Source of the DNA: Eledone cirrhosa
Taxonomy: Eukaryota
NCBI GenBank assembly: GCA_964016885.1
Contig: OZ024741.1
Location: 54,994,001 to 55,058,000, forward strand
Length of the DNA stretch: 64,000 nucleotides
Direction of reading: 5' to 3'
The position numbers and the translations under genes are program-made. Numbering within the stretch: position 1 is the first letter of the stretch; each line of letters starts with the position of its first letter. Below are positions 1-11,499 of this stretch, piece by piece. The notes below the pieces were generated by a model. The model was not told the origin of the DNA and searched no databases. It worked only from the letters and a program-made list of their open reading frames with translations.

Positions 1-1005
1 TGAAGGTGGAAAAGGTCTTATCAGCATAGAGGACTGTGTTCAGATGGAGAAAAACAACCTACACAAATACGTGACTGATAGTAAGGAGCCAATGCTCAGA
101 ACTGTACTGAAGGAGGGGACAATAGGCCAGGGGATGTCCAAGGAGGAAATAACATCAAGGAGAAAGAGCAGCCTTCAGGGAAAATCCCTTCATAGTACCT
201 TCTTTGAGAAAACTGAATTTAGAGATCCACAGACATGGAACTGGTTGAAAAGAGGAGACCTTAAAAAGGCTACAGAAGGAATGTTAATGGATGCGCAGGA
301 GCAGTCCCTCAAAACGAAGTGGTTGAAACATCATATTTACAAGGAGGAGGCTAGCCCACTGTGCAGGATCTGTGGAGAGAGGAGACTGTGGCTCACATTG
401 TATCCGAGTGTAAACACCTAGCCCAGACTCACTATAAGGGCTGGAGACAAGATGTGATGGGCAGGGTGATCCACTGGCACCTATGCAAAGTAAACAATTT
501 ACCACATTCTAAGAAGTGGTATGAGCATAAGCCAGAGTCGGTGATAGAAAACGATCAGGTGAAGGTGCTGTGGGATTTTAGGATACAGACGGACAAGAAA
601 CTGGAACACAATAGACCTGACCTGGTGGTTGTGAACAAAGAGAAAAGATCGTGCCTGATTGTGGATGTGGCCTGCCCATTCGACACGAGAGTGCAAGAGA
701 AGGAGAGGGAGAAAATTAACCGATACCAGGACTTAAAGTGGGAGGTAAAAAGGATTTGGAACTGCCATGAAGTCAAAGTGATCCCGATTGTCATAGGCGC
801 ACTAGGGACTATCTCAAAAAGTTTCCAGGGATGGTTAAAGAAAATTGGCCCCTACACGCTTTTGGAACGCTTCAAAAGGCATGCTTGCTGGGAACAGCAA
901 GAACCCTCCGATACGTCCTGAATATCTGAGGCTGCAGGTAGTGGCTTGATATTCATTTCAACAAACTTTCCAGTTAACTAACATCAATGACTGAGACTCA
1001 AAGAG
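1..1005 (+). mobile_element. R4/Dong-like RLE non-LTR retrotransposon, family A, 3' part (frameshifted), cut by the window edge
   Basis: ORFs 44-421 and 361-921 are near-identical to the C-terminus of ORF 11685-15077 (CRICG..ETVAHIVSEC knuckle, RPDLVVV..IVDVACP nuclease). It has the same 3' UTR, followed by (TAA)n. Confidence 0.93.
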
Positions 1006-1027
1006 TAATAATAATAATAATAATAAT

Positions 1028-1326
1028 AACAATACCAGTGGTTGTAGGCGCTCTGGGAATGAAACCTAAGGGGTCTAATGATTACTTTTCGCAAATTCCA
1101 GGAAACCCGCGTATAGAAGAAATACAAAAGATAGTACTAATGGGAACTGCCCATATACTAAGGAAGATTCTGTCAATATAAGTACATCACAAGTCTAAAC
1201 ACCTAAAGATGCATGTGTGTGTATGTATGTTCTTTCTTGAACATGGCGGACCTTGTTGTCTCTTGAGGTCACTGGTTGTGACCTGGTGATAACTCGTATG
1301 AACATAAAGCAAGATAAATGCAACTG
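1028..1326 (+). mobile_element. R4/Dong-like family B, short 5'-truncated copy
   Basis: Encodes the RLE terminus IPVVVGALG...IQKIVLMGTAHILRKIL. It is near-identical to 2218-2506 and has (TAA)n on both sides. Confidence 0.88.
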
Positions 1327-1353
1327 TAATAATAATAATAATAATAATAATAA

Positions 1354-2506
1354 TTAGATATTGCGTTGAAAACTTCAACAATTGGATTATCTACATATCT
1401 AAGGGAATCACATGATTGGATAATCAAACTCGTTTTGAAACACGAAAGCATCAAAGATCATACTCCATTACAAAAGATGCACAAAGATACAGTAATGGGC
1501 TACAAATTTCAGAAGTTCCATTTACTGCTGAAATGAAAAACACAGAAAAAGCAAAGCAGGTAAAAGTAACTGCAAAGAAAGAACTGCTATAGATTCTGGC
1601 TAAGAAATGGCAAGAAAAGCCTCTGTATGGAAAATACCCAGAAAGAGCTAACAATCCTGATGTTGACAAAACTTTAACCCATCAGTGGTTGGCATCCTCT
1701 GGACTGAAATCGGAGACTGAAGGACTGATTATATCAGCACAAGATCAGTGTCTGCCAACAAAAAGTTAGCAAGCTAACATAATAAAAGTGGATGCAACCC
1801 ATTATGCCGTGTATGTAAAAAACAACCAGAGACCATTGATCATATAATTTCAATATGCAGTCCTATAGCTCCAACCGAATACCTAAACGGGCATGACAGA
1901 GCTGCACAATACATACATTGGATAATGTGTAAGCATTTTGACCTGCCCCATCAAAAGAATTGTTGGGAGCATCAACCACCTCCCATACTTGAAAAAGATC
2001 ACATCTCAATCTTGTGGAACTTTAGCATCCAGACAGACCGAAAAATAGATGCAAATAGACCTGATATAATACTGAAGGAGTTTTAAAAGAGGGTATGCCT
2101 GCTAATTGATATGTCCGTTCCAATAGACAAGAATGTATCTATAAAAACATTTGAAAAATTGAGCAAGTATAAGGACCTGGAGATAGAAATTGGAAAAATG
2201 TAGAAATTGAGAACTAAAACAATACCAGTGGTTGTAGGCGCTCTAGGAATGATACCTAAGGGGTCTAATGATTACTTATCGCAAATCCCAGGAAACCCGC
2301 GTATAGGAGATAGTACTAATGGGAACTGCCCATATACTAAGGAAGATTCTGTCAATATAAGTACATCACAAGTCTAAACACCTAAAGATGCATGTGTGTG
2401 TTTGTATGTTCTTTCTTGAACATCGCGGACCTTGTTGTCTCTTGAGGTCACTGGTTGTGACTTGGTGATAACTCGTATGAACATAAAGCAAGATAAATGC
2501 AACTGT
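1354..2506 (+). mobile_element. R4/Dong-like family B, 5'-truncated degraded copy
   Basis: Readable remnants include LKSETEGLIISAQDQCL, CRVCKKQPETIDHI, RPDIILK..LIDMSVP and KYKDLEIEI, with stops and frameshifts. (TAA)n flanks both sides. Confidence 0.88.
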
Positions 2507-2599
2507 AATAATAATAATAAAAGTTTATATATATACACACACACACACATATACAAATCTATATATACATATACACATACACACACACACACACAATAA

Positions 2600-3110
2600 C
2601 AATTAACGGCGCTGCGATCGAATGTGGCTTTTTAGCCCAGCTAATGATCTAAAATGTCTTGCACAGAGTTGGCAAACAAAATATTCACTGTCAGTAGCCG
2701 GCTGTGGTTGGAGTTCGTGGACTTTTGCATGTCGTCTGAGCCCTCGTGCTGATCTACACTCTCTTCCGCGTGCATAACAGCCATGATGAGTAGCATCTAC
2801 AACAGCAGCCTGGTAGTCAACCACTGGTCTCAGGTTATGACTGCGAAGATGACTTTCGTGTCCAGCAGAATCTCATACAGACGCTGCATGTCAGCGCCAT
2901 AGGAGGGCCTTCTCTGTCTGGAAATGCCCTTCATCACATCCCTTTTTAGTTTCTTGTATAAGATTCGAGATGCCACAAAGGCAACTTTCCCCTCATATAC
3001 AGTCTTTCTCCACTTATTGCGATCAGCAGCTACGTTTTTCCATGTATCAGCAGAGCTGTTAGCGTCTTTCAGAGAGGCTTTCAACGAATCCTTATACTTC
3101 TTTTTTTGGT
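2600..3110 (-). mobile_element. RTE-clade LINE 3' fragment with C-terminal C2H2 zinc finger
   Basis: KKYKDSLKASLK...WKNVAADRNKWRKTVYEG and FVCQLCARHFRSLAGLKSHIR are typical RTE ORF termini. Confidence 0.75.
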
Positions 3111-3658
3111 TTATGTGGAGGTCGTATATATATATATATATATATACATACATCATACATACATCCATATATATATATATAATGATTAAAGGTTAAACAA
3201 GGTTCATTTAATTATATGCTGTTTATGCATTACAATACATGTCTTCCTCCCTGTGTTTATACTATTAAACTTATTTTCCATTTTTCTCTCTATCGTTTGA
3301 TCAGTTCTCCTGCCTTTCGTGCATATGATCATATATCTTTCTTGTCATTCTCTCTTTCTTCATGAGTTACTCTCTCCATCTTTTACTTCCTCTATCTGCA
3401 ATAATGAGTTATGCATATCTTATTATTATTTAAATTATTTAAATTTTTAACAGTTATGTAGGATTAAATTATATTATATATTATTAGTTATTTATTATTA
3501 TGCATCTTTATACACATTCTCATACGCAACCTCTGTATTATATGTAATTTTTTCATGTTTCAACTTAAGGTATATAAATATCGAGTTTTGTCATAACTAT
3601 TCACTGCCATGACTAAATTATAACCATCAACATAGTCAAGGTATGTCAAGCATCAACT

Positions 3659-3724
3659 TATTTTATCTGATGAGGACGTACTGTTGCAATAGCTCAGTAT
3701 CTCTGAAATATGTATAATAAAATA
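3659..3724 (+). ncRNA. Type I hammerhead ribozyme motif in a Penelope-type terminal-repeat fragment (~3190-3770)
   Basis: TATTTTAT-CTGATGA-[stem II GTACTG..CAGTAT]-GAAA-TATGTA-TA-ATAAAATA, with an 8-bp stem I. Confidence 0.8.
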
Positions 3725-3779
3725 TATTTGATCACATGAATGTCTATATTTATTAATATTTTGAAGCAATATATATATA

Positions 3780-3858
<79 letters not shown>

Positions 3859-3863
<5 letters not shown>

Positions 3864-4040
3864 AACCAGTAAGACCCCGACAGCTGAGCTCAAGCCGTTT
3901 CGACGGCTAATCCAGTCCAGAATTAGCCGTCGAAACGGCTTGAGCTCAGCTGTCGGGGTCTTACTGGTTCCTATTACCCACTCTACTACCTCAAGTATTG
4001 AGTACTTTGGTGCGTTATGGTCCACCTGGTTCCTTACCAC
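3859..4040. repeat. Small fold-back element: perfect 53-bp-arm palindrome plus ~65-bp tail
   Basis: 3859-3911 is the exact reverse complement of 3922-3974. The tail and hairpin are homologous to 59100-59243 in the opposite orientation. (TA)n flanks. Confidence 0.85.
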
Positions 4041-4051
4041 ATTTCCTTCGT

Positions 4052-4079
<28 letters not shown>

Positions 4080-4084
<5 letters not shown>

Positions 4085-4500
4085 GTGAGGTTTTTTGGGG
4101 TTTTTTTTTACAAAATGAAAAATAACCGAGGTGTCCTACACGAGTGAAAGTATAAAGAAAAAGAGATGAAATCGAAAATGCAACTGGAGTCTTATTTTTT
4201 TTTTAAATATATATATTTATTTGGTTCCTTTACCGGTTTCACAGTTCTTCTGCTTTTCAAAAGGTGAGTTGAGATGGAGGGTCTGTGGTTTTTCTCACAT
4301 CTGGTTGGTCTCTGAATGTTACTTATTTTATATGGAAAAAGTGGCTCGAAATGCCAGGTTTTTCGAGAAGTAATTTGATTGGTTTGTCAATAATTATAAT
4401 AAATTTCGCGCCAGTTCGCGTTACAATAGTTCTTCAAATAAGAGGGGGGGTTGTCACAGGTTGTTTTTTCATATATGAGTGTTTGAATTTCTTTTCACTG
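4080..4500 (-). repeat. Dispersed non-coding repeat with a degenerate hammerhead (4227-4264)
   Basis: It is the reverse complement of ~23880-24117. The minus strand reads CCTT-TTGAAAA-GCAG..CTGT-GAAA-CCGG-TA-AAGG. Confidence 0.6.
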
Positions 4501-4649
4501 GAGGACATGATATGAAGGTTAAAAAACACTTGTGGATAGTGCAGTTTTAAATCAACATATGAAAAGTAGTTTTAGATTGATGTGTGATATTGGGGAAAAA
4601 AAAATTAGGGTGGGGGGGGATGAAAAAGAGGAGGAGATGAGAGTAAAAA

Positions 4650-5699
4650 GTGGAGGGGAGGAGTATAGTGAGGAAGGATGCTAACGCCAATTACTATAAT
4701 AACGCTCTTTCTAAAGCCGGCTATCCTGATAAAATCCAATATAATAAAGAAACAAATTCTAGAAAATCTTACAGTAGAATAATTAATCATGATCATTCCA
4801 ATAACTTTAATAAAAGACCTAGATACAAAAACATAATCTGGTATAATGCTCCTTTCTCCATCTCTATTAATAATAATATTCCTAAATTATTCTTTAGTGC
4901 CTTAAATAAATGCTTCCCTCTCTCACGTATCTATAGTAAAATATTTAACAAACACACTATAAAATGTTCCTATTCAACATCCTCCAACATTTCCAACATT
5001 ATCTCTAAACACAACAATAAAATACTAAATACTAAATCTCTTCCTTCCAACACTGAATATCATAATAATAGTAATAGTACTCCCGACGTCATTGTAAACT
5101 CTAGGCTAATTTCTGCAAACCCAAATACAACGTCAAACACAACTTCGCTAAATGTTCTTAATCCCATTCTAAATCAAGAAACTATTATTCCTATCGCCAA
5201 TAACTTCTCCAATCCAATTCCTTCTATAGATAACACTAGGTCACTCGTTAATAATATCTCTAATCGCAATTGCAATTGCCCTGCTAAAAATAAATGTCCT
5301 CTCAACAACCATTGTCTTGATAAAAACTTAATTTACGAATGTAAAGTTATAACTGACACCAATTCCTTCACCTATTTTGGCTCCACTTCCACCTCCTTTA
5401 AAGCTCGTCTTTATAATCATCATTCGTCTTTTAAATATAAACTTAAAAGAACCAACACGGCTCTCTCAGAACTCATATGGTCCTTGAAAGACAAAAATAT
5501 TAAATATAACATCTCTTGGAAAAAGGTTTCCTCTGCTTATTCATACTTGAACAGTTCTCTATCTAAGACTTGCAATCTCTGTTTAAATGAAAAATTTACC
5601 ATTATATCTAATTTAGATTCTATAATAAATAGACGCACTGACTTGTTTTCTATCTGCTTGCATAAATTCCACAGAACTTTCCATAAAGTATACAGCTAA
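4650..5699 (+). pseudogene. Penelope RT C-terminus/linker plus GIY-YIG endonuclease (truncated)
   Basis: YNNALSKAGY, IIWYNAPFS, CNC...CPLNNHC, LIYECKV..TYFGST..FKARLYNH and CNLCLNEK. Confidence 0.87.
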
Positions 5700-6081
5700 T
5701 ATGATAAACTTTATCAATTCAGAATCCTTTTCTCAAAGGCACATATGTATATATATATATATATATACTTCTTTAAAAATATACCCATCTTTCTACCTTA
5801 TTTCAAAGTTATTTATTATATTTATTATATTCTACATCACTCCTAGTTTCTAACCCCTAATCTGTACCTTTTCTCACTGTGCCTGACATAGAAACAATTA
5901 TTACACAATACACCATATTCTTACTTCATATCACCTTGAAAAAATCCTTCGTAAACATAAATAAACATTTTTTGACGTTAGATTATTCATCCTCTATTCA
6001 TTATTTTTTTCTCCTTTTCATCTAACTTATTCATGCTCATCTCACAATATATCCTTACTTACATTACTTCTGTTTTTTTAA

Positions 6082-6315
6082 TAATACATATCAACATGTT
6101 CTTTCCATTGCACATATTATTAAACCCTTAAATATTATTCTTAATACATATTAACATTTTCTTTCCATCGCACATATTATTAAACCCTTAAATATTATTC
6201 TTAATACATATTAACATTTTCTTTCCATCGCACATATTATTAAACCCTTAAATATTATTCTTAATACATATTAACAATTTCTTTTCATCGCACATATTAT
6301 TAAACCCTTCAATAT
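6082..6315. repeat. 60-bp tandem repeat (~4 copies) in the Penelope 3' region
   Basis: Lines starting 6121, 6181 and 6241 repeat TAAACCCTTAAATATTATTCTTAATACATA. Confidence 0.92.
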
Positions 6316-6675
6316 ACAAACCTTAACTTTACATTATTTTTCTCTTCGTTAATTTTCAAATTCTTTTAATTTATACATTATCTTCCAACGGTTTTCAACC
6401 TCTCTATGTAAAACAATATATTTTTCTCAGTTATAAAAGCTATCTCTCTCTCTCTCTCTATCACCCATCTCTCCTCCTATCTCATCCTTCCTCACTATAC
6501 TCCTCCGCCTCCACTTTTTACTCTCATCTCCTCCTCTTGTTCATCCTTTCCAACCCCCCTCCCCCCTCAAAAATTTGTTTCCCAATATCACACATCAATC
6601 TAAAACTACTTTTCATATGTTGGTTTAAAACTGCACTATCCACAAGTGTTTTTTAACCTTCATATCATGTCCTCC

Positions 6676-6746
6676 TATTTTATCTGATGAAAACACAAAT
6701 GTTATTGCATGATGATATTTGTTTTTGAAATGCGCATAATAAAATA
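6676..6746 (+). ncRNA. Type I hammerhead ribozyme motif
   Basis: TATTTTAT-CTGATGA-[long stem II]-GAAA-TGCGCA-TA-ATAAAATA, with a palindromic stem III. Confidence 0.85.
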
Positions 6747-6855
6747 CATGGAACTCATTTAACCATCTTTTGATCTTATATATTATATATATATGTATAT
6801 ATATATATATATATAATAAACAAGAAAGACCGTTTCATTTGTAAATCCATATTTA

Positions 6856-6927
6856 TTTTGTTATACGAATTTCAAAGACGTAAGGCAGTTGTATAACAAC
6901 TGCCATATTTGTTCTCTTCAGACAAAA
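6856..6927 (-). ncRNA. Type I hammerhead ribozyme motif
   Basis: Minus strand TTTTGT-CTGAAGA-[GGCAGTTG/CAACTGCC hairpin]-GAAA-TTCGTA-TA-ACAAAA. Confidence 0.72.
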
Positions 6928-7139
6928 CTCCAAACGAGATGTAAATATCCGTTGATATGTTACCGGTCATACGTGTTATTCTCTTCTCTGACCATATACA
7001 TATTTGTATATAAATATGTATATAAGTATGTAAAACACATATGGATTCCTAATTAGACATACATTCATTGCATATATACATATTTATATACAAATTTGTA
7101 TATGTATGCATATATATGTACGCGTTTGTGTGCGTATAA

Positions 7140-7532
7140 ATATACATACATACATGCATATATACGAGTACATTCGTACATACATGCTTACATATATACA
7201 TACATACATACATACACACACACACATACATACATACATACATACATACATACATACATACATACACACATACACACATACACACACATACACACATACA
7301 TACATACATACATACATACATACATACATACATACATACATACATACATACATACACACATACCTACATACATACATACATACATACACACATACACACA
7401 TACACACACACACACACATACATACATACATACATACATACATACATACATACATACATACATACATACATACATACATACATACATACATACATACATA
7501 CATACATACATACATACATACATACATACATA
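7140..7532. repeat. (TACA)n microsatellite
   Basis: Direct reading. Confidence 0.97.
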
Positions 7533-7845
7533 GATGATAGTAGATTGACTTAGAATATTGTAGTTTCGAAGTTTGGTATATGTCGGTTTGGCATCAAACA
7601 GTTTTGAGATGGCCTCTTTATCGATTTAGCCAGTAGGATGTCTGGATTTCTTGTATAGTTTGCAAAAGCAAAGATTGTTTGATGCTTGATTGAATGGAAG
7701 ATGGTAACTTCTTCATGTAATAATATTTCTTTCACTATGTATATCGGATTTGTTGTACATATGTATGTGTGCATGATGTATGCATGTATTAATGTATATA
7801 TATAGATAACCATATATATTTACATACATGTGTATATAGGCATAT

Positions 7846-8020
<175 letters not shown>

Positions 8021-8569
8021 TTTGTGTCTGTGTACATGTATATTTATGGAAATATATATTTATATTGATAGATGTAACCATATACGTATAGGTGTGTAAG
8101 TCCGAATATATATATATGTGTGTGTGTGCGTGCGTGTGTGTTTGTGTGTGTGTACCTGTATGAGTGCATCTTATTAAAGACACCATGTAATGTAGGTATT
8201 TAATGAAACAGTTGTATGTAAACATATTTACTTCGACTGAAGAAATTAGTAATATTTTCTCTCTTTTTTTCATATGTTTTTGAGGATAAAAGACAAACTT
8301 CCAGATGTAATCTAAAGATATTCCACTGCAGGATTGGAATCTGAACATTTGCTAGAATATCTCACTCTATATCGTTATTACGGAAAATCTTTGTAGTTTA
8401 GCGTAAATAACTTATAGAATTCTCTCAGAACATTGAGTAGTTTAGACTTGTTAATAAGCACGCGACGAAATCTGTTGAAAACATCAAACAGAAACCATAG
8501 GCCTTCAACATGGTAATTGAACTTGCAAGAAATAGCATCTAATATCGCCCTCTTATTTCTGTATAGAAA

Positions 8570-8770
8570 AGATCGGTAGGTTAGCAGAGTGGTTAGAGCG
8601 TCAGATAGAATGATTTGCCATATTCGTCCAGGCTCTCTGAGCTTAAATCTGGTGGTGGTCAACCCTGCCTTTCTTCCTTTTGATGTCGATAAAAAAATTA
8701 TTTTGAGATCAATGTTTCCTTCCAGACTTTCGAGGTCAAAAAATAAAATACCAGTTAAGTATTAGGGCTG
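8570..8770 (+). mobile_element. Diverged copy of the tRNA-type SINE
   Basis: A-box-like TAGCAGAGTGG, then CTGAGCTTAAATC and GCCTTTC.TCCTTT..GTCGATAAA, as in the younger copies. Confidence 0.55.
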
Positions 8771-8910
8771 CTAATCAACATTCCCCTTCCCCAACATATT
8801 TTACTCCTACGCTCTACCGATTTTGCCCTTCAAACCTCTTTGTGTCCATTCCGTCTGGCGTTTTTTTTTTTTTCCTTTTCCTTTTCACAAGAAATATATA
8901 TGTTGATAAA

Positions 8911-9027
8911 TAAATATGAAGACACAGTTCTACATTTCCATATTTCAATTTGGTAAATATGTAAGGTCGTTATTTAGTTATTGAATAAATCAAAGTATGG
9001 AAATTGAGAACTATGTCTTCATATTTA
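8911..9027. repeat. Imperfect inverted repeat, ~35-bp arms
   Basis: TAAATATGAAGACACAGTTCT..TTTCCATA versus TATGGAAA..AGAACTATGTCTTCATATTTA. Confidence 0.75.
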
Positions 9028-9184
9028 CGAACACAGCATTACTTCATCTGATACATGATACCAGATCTTGCTTAGTTGGGTACAACTGACGTGGTGGCAT
9101 AGTTAAGCCTGATTACACTCTAGTTCTTTGATTGCAGTGATAAAATACAATTCAGACAATCAACTAACATCGATATTAAAACAA

Positions 9185-9264
<80 letters not shown>

Positions 9265-9284
9265 TATATCAATGTGTATATATA

Positions 9285-9329
<45 letters not shown>

Positions 9330-9670
9330 AGTCATTTATAAGTATTAGACAGAATGTGAGCTCCTGACGCTATAACAATGTAACAGTAATAGACAGTCTG
9401 TGTGCTCATCACGTTTAATAATACAATTAGAAAGACAAACGTAATTTCACTAAGCTAGAGAATATATTGCAACAAAATTATTTCTAACATCAAACTTCTT
9501 CTGTTATTCTAAATGCTTATGACATTCAGTACATCTCACATCATGGTACAGCTGATTGTGATAAGCATACATCTATACGTGTACGTGTGTGTGTGTGCGT
9601 ACATATATATATGTATATATATATATATATTTGTGCATATGCACGGAGAGACATACAAACATACACAAGC

Positions 9671-9736
<66 letters not shown>

Positions 9737-9965
9737 TGGGTGTTTGAATAACGGAGCAGGCTCCTCGAATAATTAACGAGTAAATAACTGAACATTCCAC
9801 AGACACGTGTACCAGTTTTCTGTGAGAAATCCATTGTGACAGTGTTTGTGACAAGACTGGCTCTTTAAATGAACTGGAGCAACGTGCTGCCTTCCTGGAG
9901 GACAAAACGTGCTGCCGGGATTCAAATTTACGACCGTGAGCTGAACACTGTAAACACTATGTTTA

Positions 9966-10015
<50 letters not shown>

Positions 10016-10215
10016 CACGTGTGTTTTTTTTTCCTCCCCATTTTTTCTAATTTTTCCCCGTTCCTTTTTTTTTTCTTGTCATCTTCTATTTCTAACTCTA
10101 TTTCTATCTTATAAATGACTAGTGTTCGAAACGTTAAGACACTTTTCCTGCTATTTCAAGCGTTAAACTAATATATTTTTTTCAATTTACTGTATCGTTT
10201 GCATTGTTATTTGTT

Positions 10216-10297
<82 letters not shown>

Positions 10298-10466
10298 TAA
10301 GGGAAGAAGACGCACGAGGTGACGGAGGTCATGAAATCGCTCCCGTAAGTTTTGAATTTTTAACATATTTAAATCATTTGTGAAATAACAACTCTTAGTA
10401 CAAATGCTACGTAAAGCACCCGGCTTGAGCCACAAAAAAATTCGGACCCAAAATATATTGTTATAA

Positions 10467-11111
10467 GGCTCAAATATTCAAATATTCAACTTTGTATTGT
10501 ACACTGTATATCCAAAAAAAAATGGCTATAAATGGAAGAAGAAGAACCCCCCCCCCCTCCTCTCCTCTGGCTACACTATATAGGACAGCTAAACTCACCA
10601 ACACCAGAAACTAGATACACCACCCACCCCATCATCTGTGTACACTAAACACAACAGAATTTTCACCTTCACCGCCACCGCTCACTACGGCCATCATTAC
10701 CACCACTATCCCATCACCGCCGCCACCACCCCTTGACTCCTTCACTGCTGCTGCCACCGCTACAGCACCATCACTACAGTAATACGGCTCAAATATTCAA
10801 ATATTCAACTTTGTATTGTACACTGTATATCCCAAAAAAAATAAAATGGCTATAAATGGAAGAAGAAGAACCCCCCCCCCCCCTCCTCTCCTCTGGCTAC
10901 ACTATATAGGACAGCGAAACTCACCAACACCAGAAACTAGATACACCACCCACCCCATCATCTGTGTACACTAAACACAACAGCATTTTCACCTTCACCG
11001 CCACCGCTCACTACGACCATCATTACCACCACTATCCCATCACCGCCGCCACCACCCCTTGACTCCTTCACTGCTGCTGCCACCGCTACAGCACCATCAC
11101 TACAGTAATAC
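10467..11111. repeat. Tandem duplication of a ~320-bp unit
   Basis: 10467-10785 and 10786-11111 both start GGCTCAAATATTCAAATATTCAAC and end CACTACAGTAATAC. Confidence 0.93.
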
Positions 11112-11499
11112 GGTCGCATCACCGCCACCACTGCCTCGGTATCGACATCACCACCACCACTGTCTCAGTATCGCCAACGCCGCCAGTCTCTGCTGGCTGC
11201 CACTTCCACATTATAGTATTCCTACTACTAACAAAGAGGAAGGCATCAAAATATATAGATAGACTCAAAAGAAAAAAGAAAAAACAAACAACAAAAGCAG
11301 CACAGCAACAACAGCAAAAAACGAGAAAAACAAACAGAAAAACAAAAACAAAAAAAGACACCCCAAAAACGTAAAGAAAATAAGAATGAAGAGAGAAGCA
11401 GGCGGACGGACAGAGAAGAGGGGGGAAAAAGTAAAACTTAAAAAACAAAAACTAAGTCAGACATTCGAATACTACATTACAATGAAACTTATGCTTATT

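Larger units (their letters stand above)
4501..6780 (+). mobile_element. Penelope-like element, 5'-truncated, with inverted terminal-repeat copy at the 5' end
   Basis: It contains a GIY-YIG ORF. 4501-~4680 is the reverse complement of ~6480-6675. A hammerhead lies at the 3' end, followed by (TA)n. Confidence 0.88.

Noticed and set aside
8378-8560. Possible host exon on the minus strand after CTTTTCTATACAG
   Set aside because: There is no recognisable domain, no partner exon, and the ORF start lies in a SINE. It cannot be supported without RNA data.
9770-9965. Weak B-box-like TTTGAATCCCGG on the minus strand, a possible second SINE family
   Set aside because: It is single-copy in this window and too degenerate to call.
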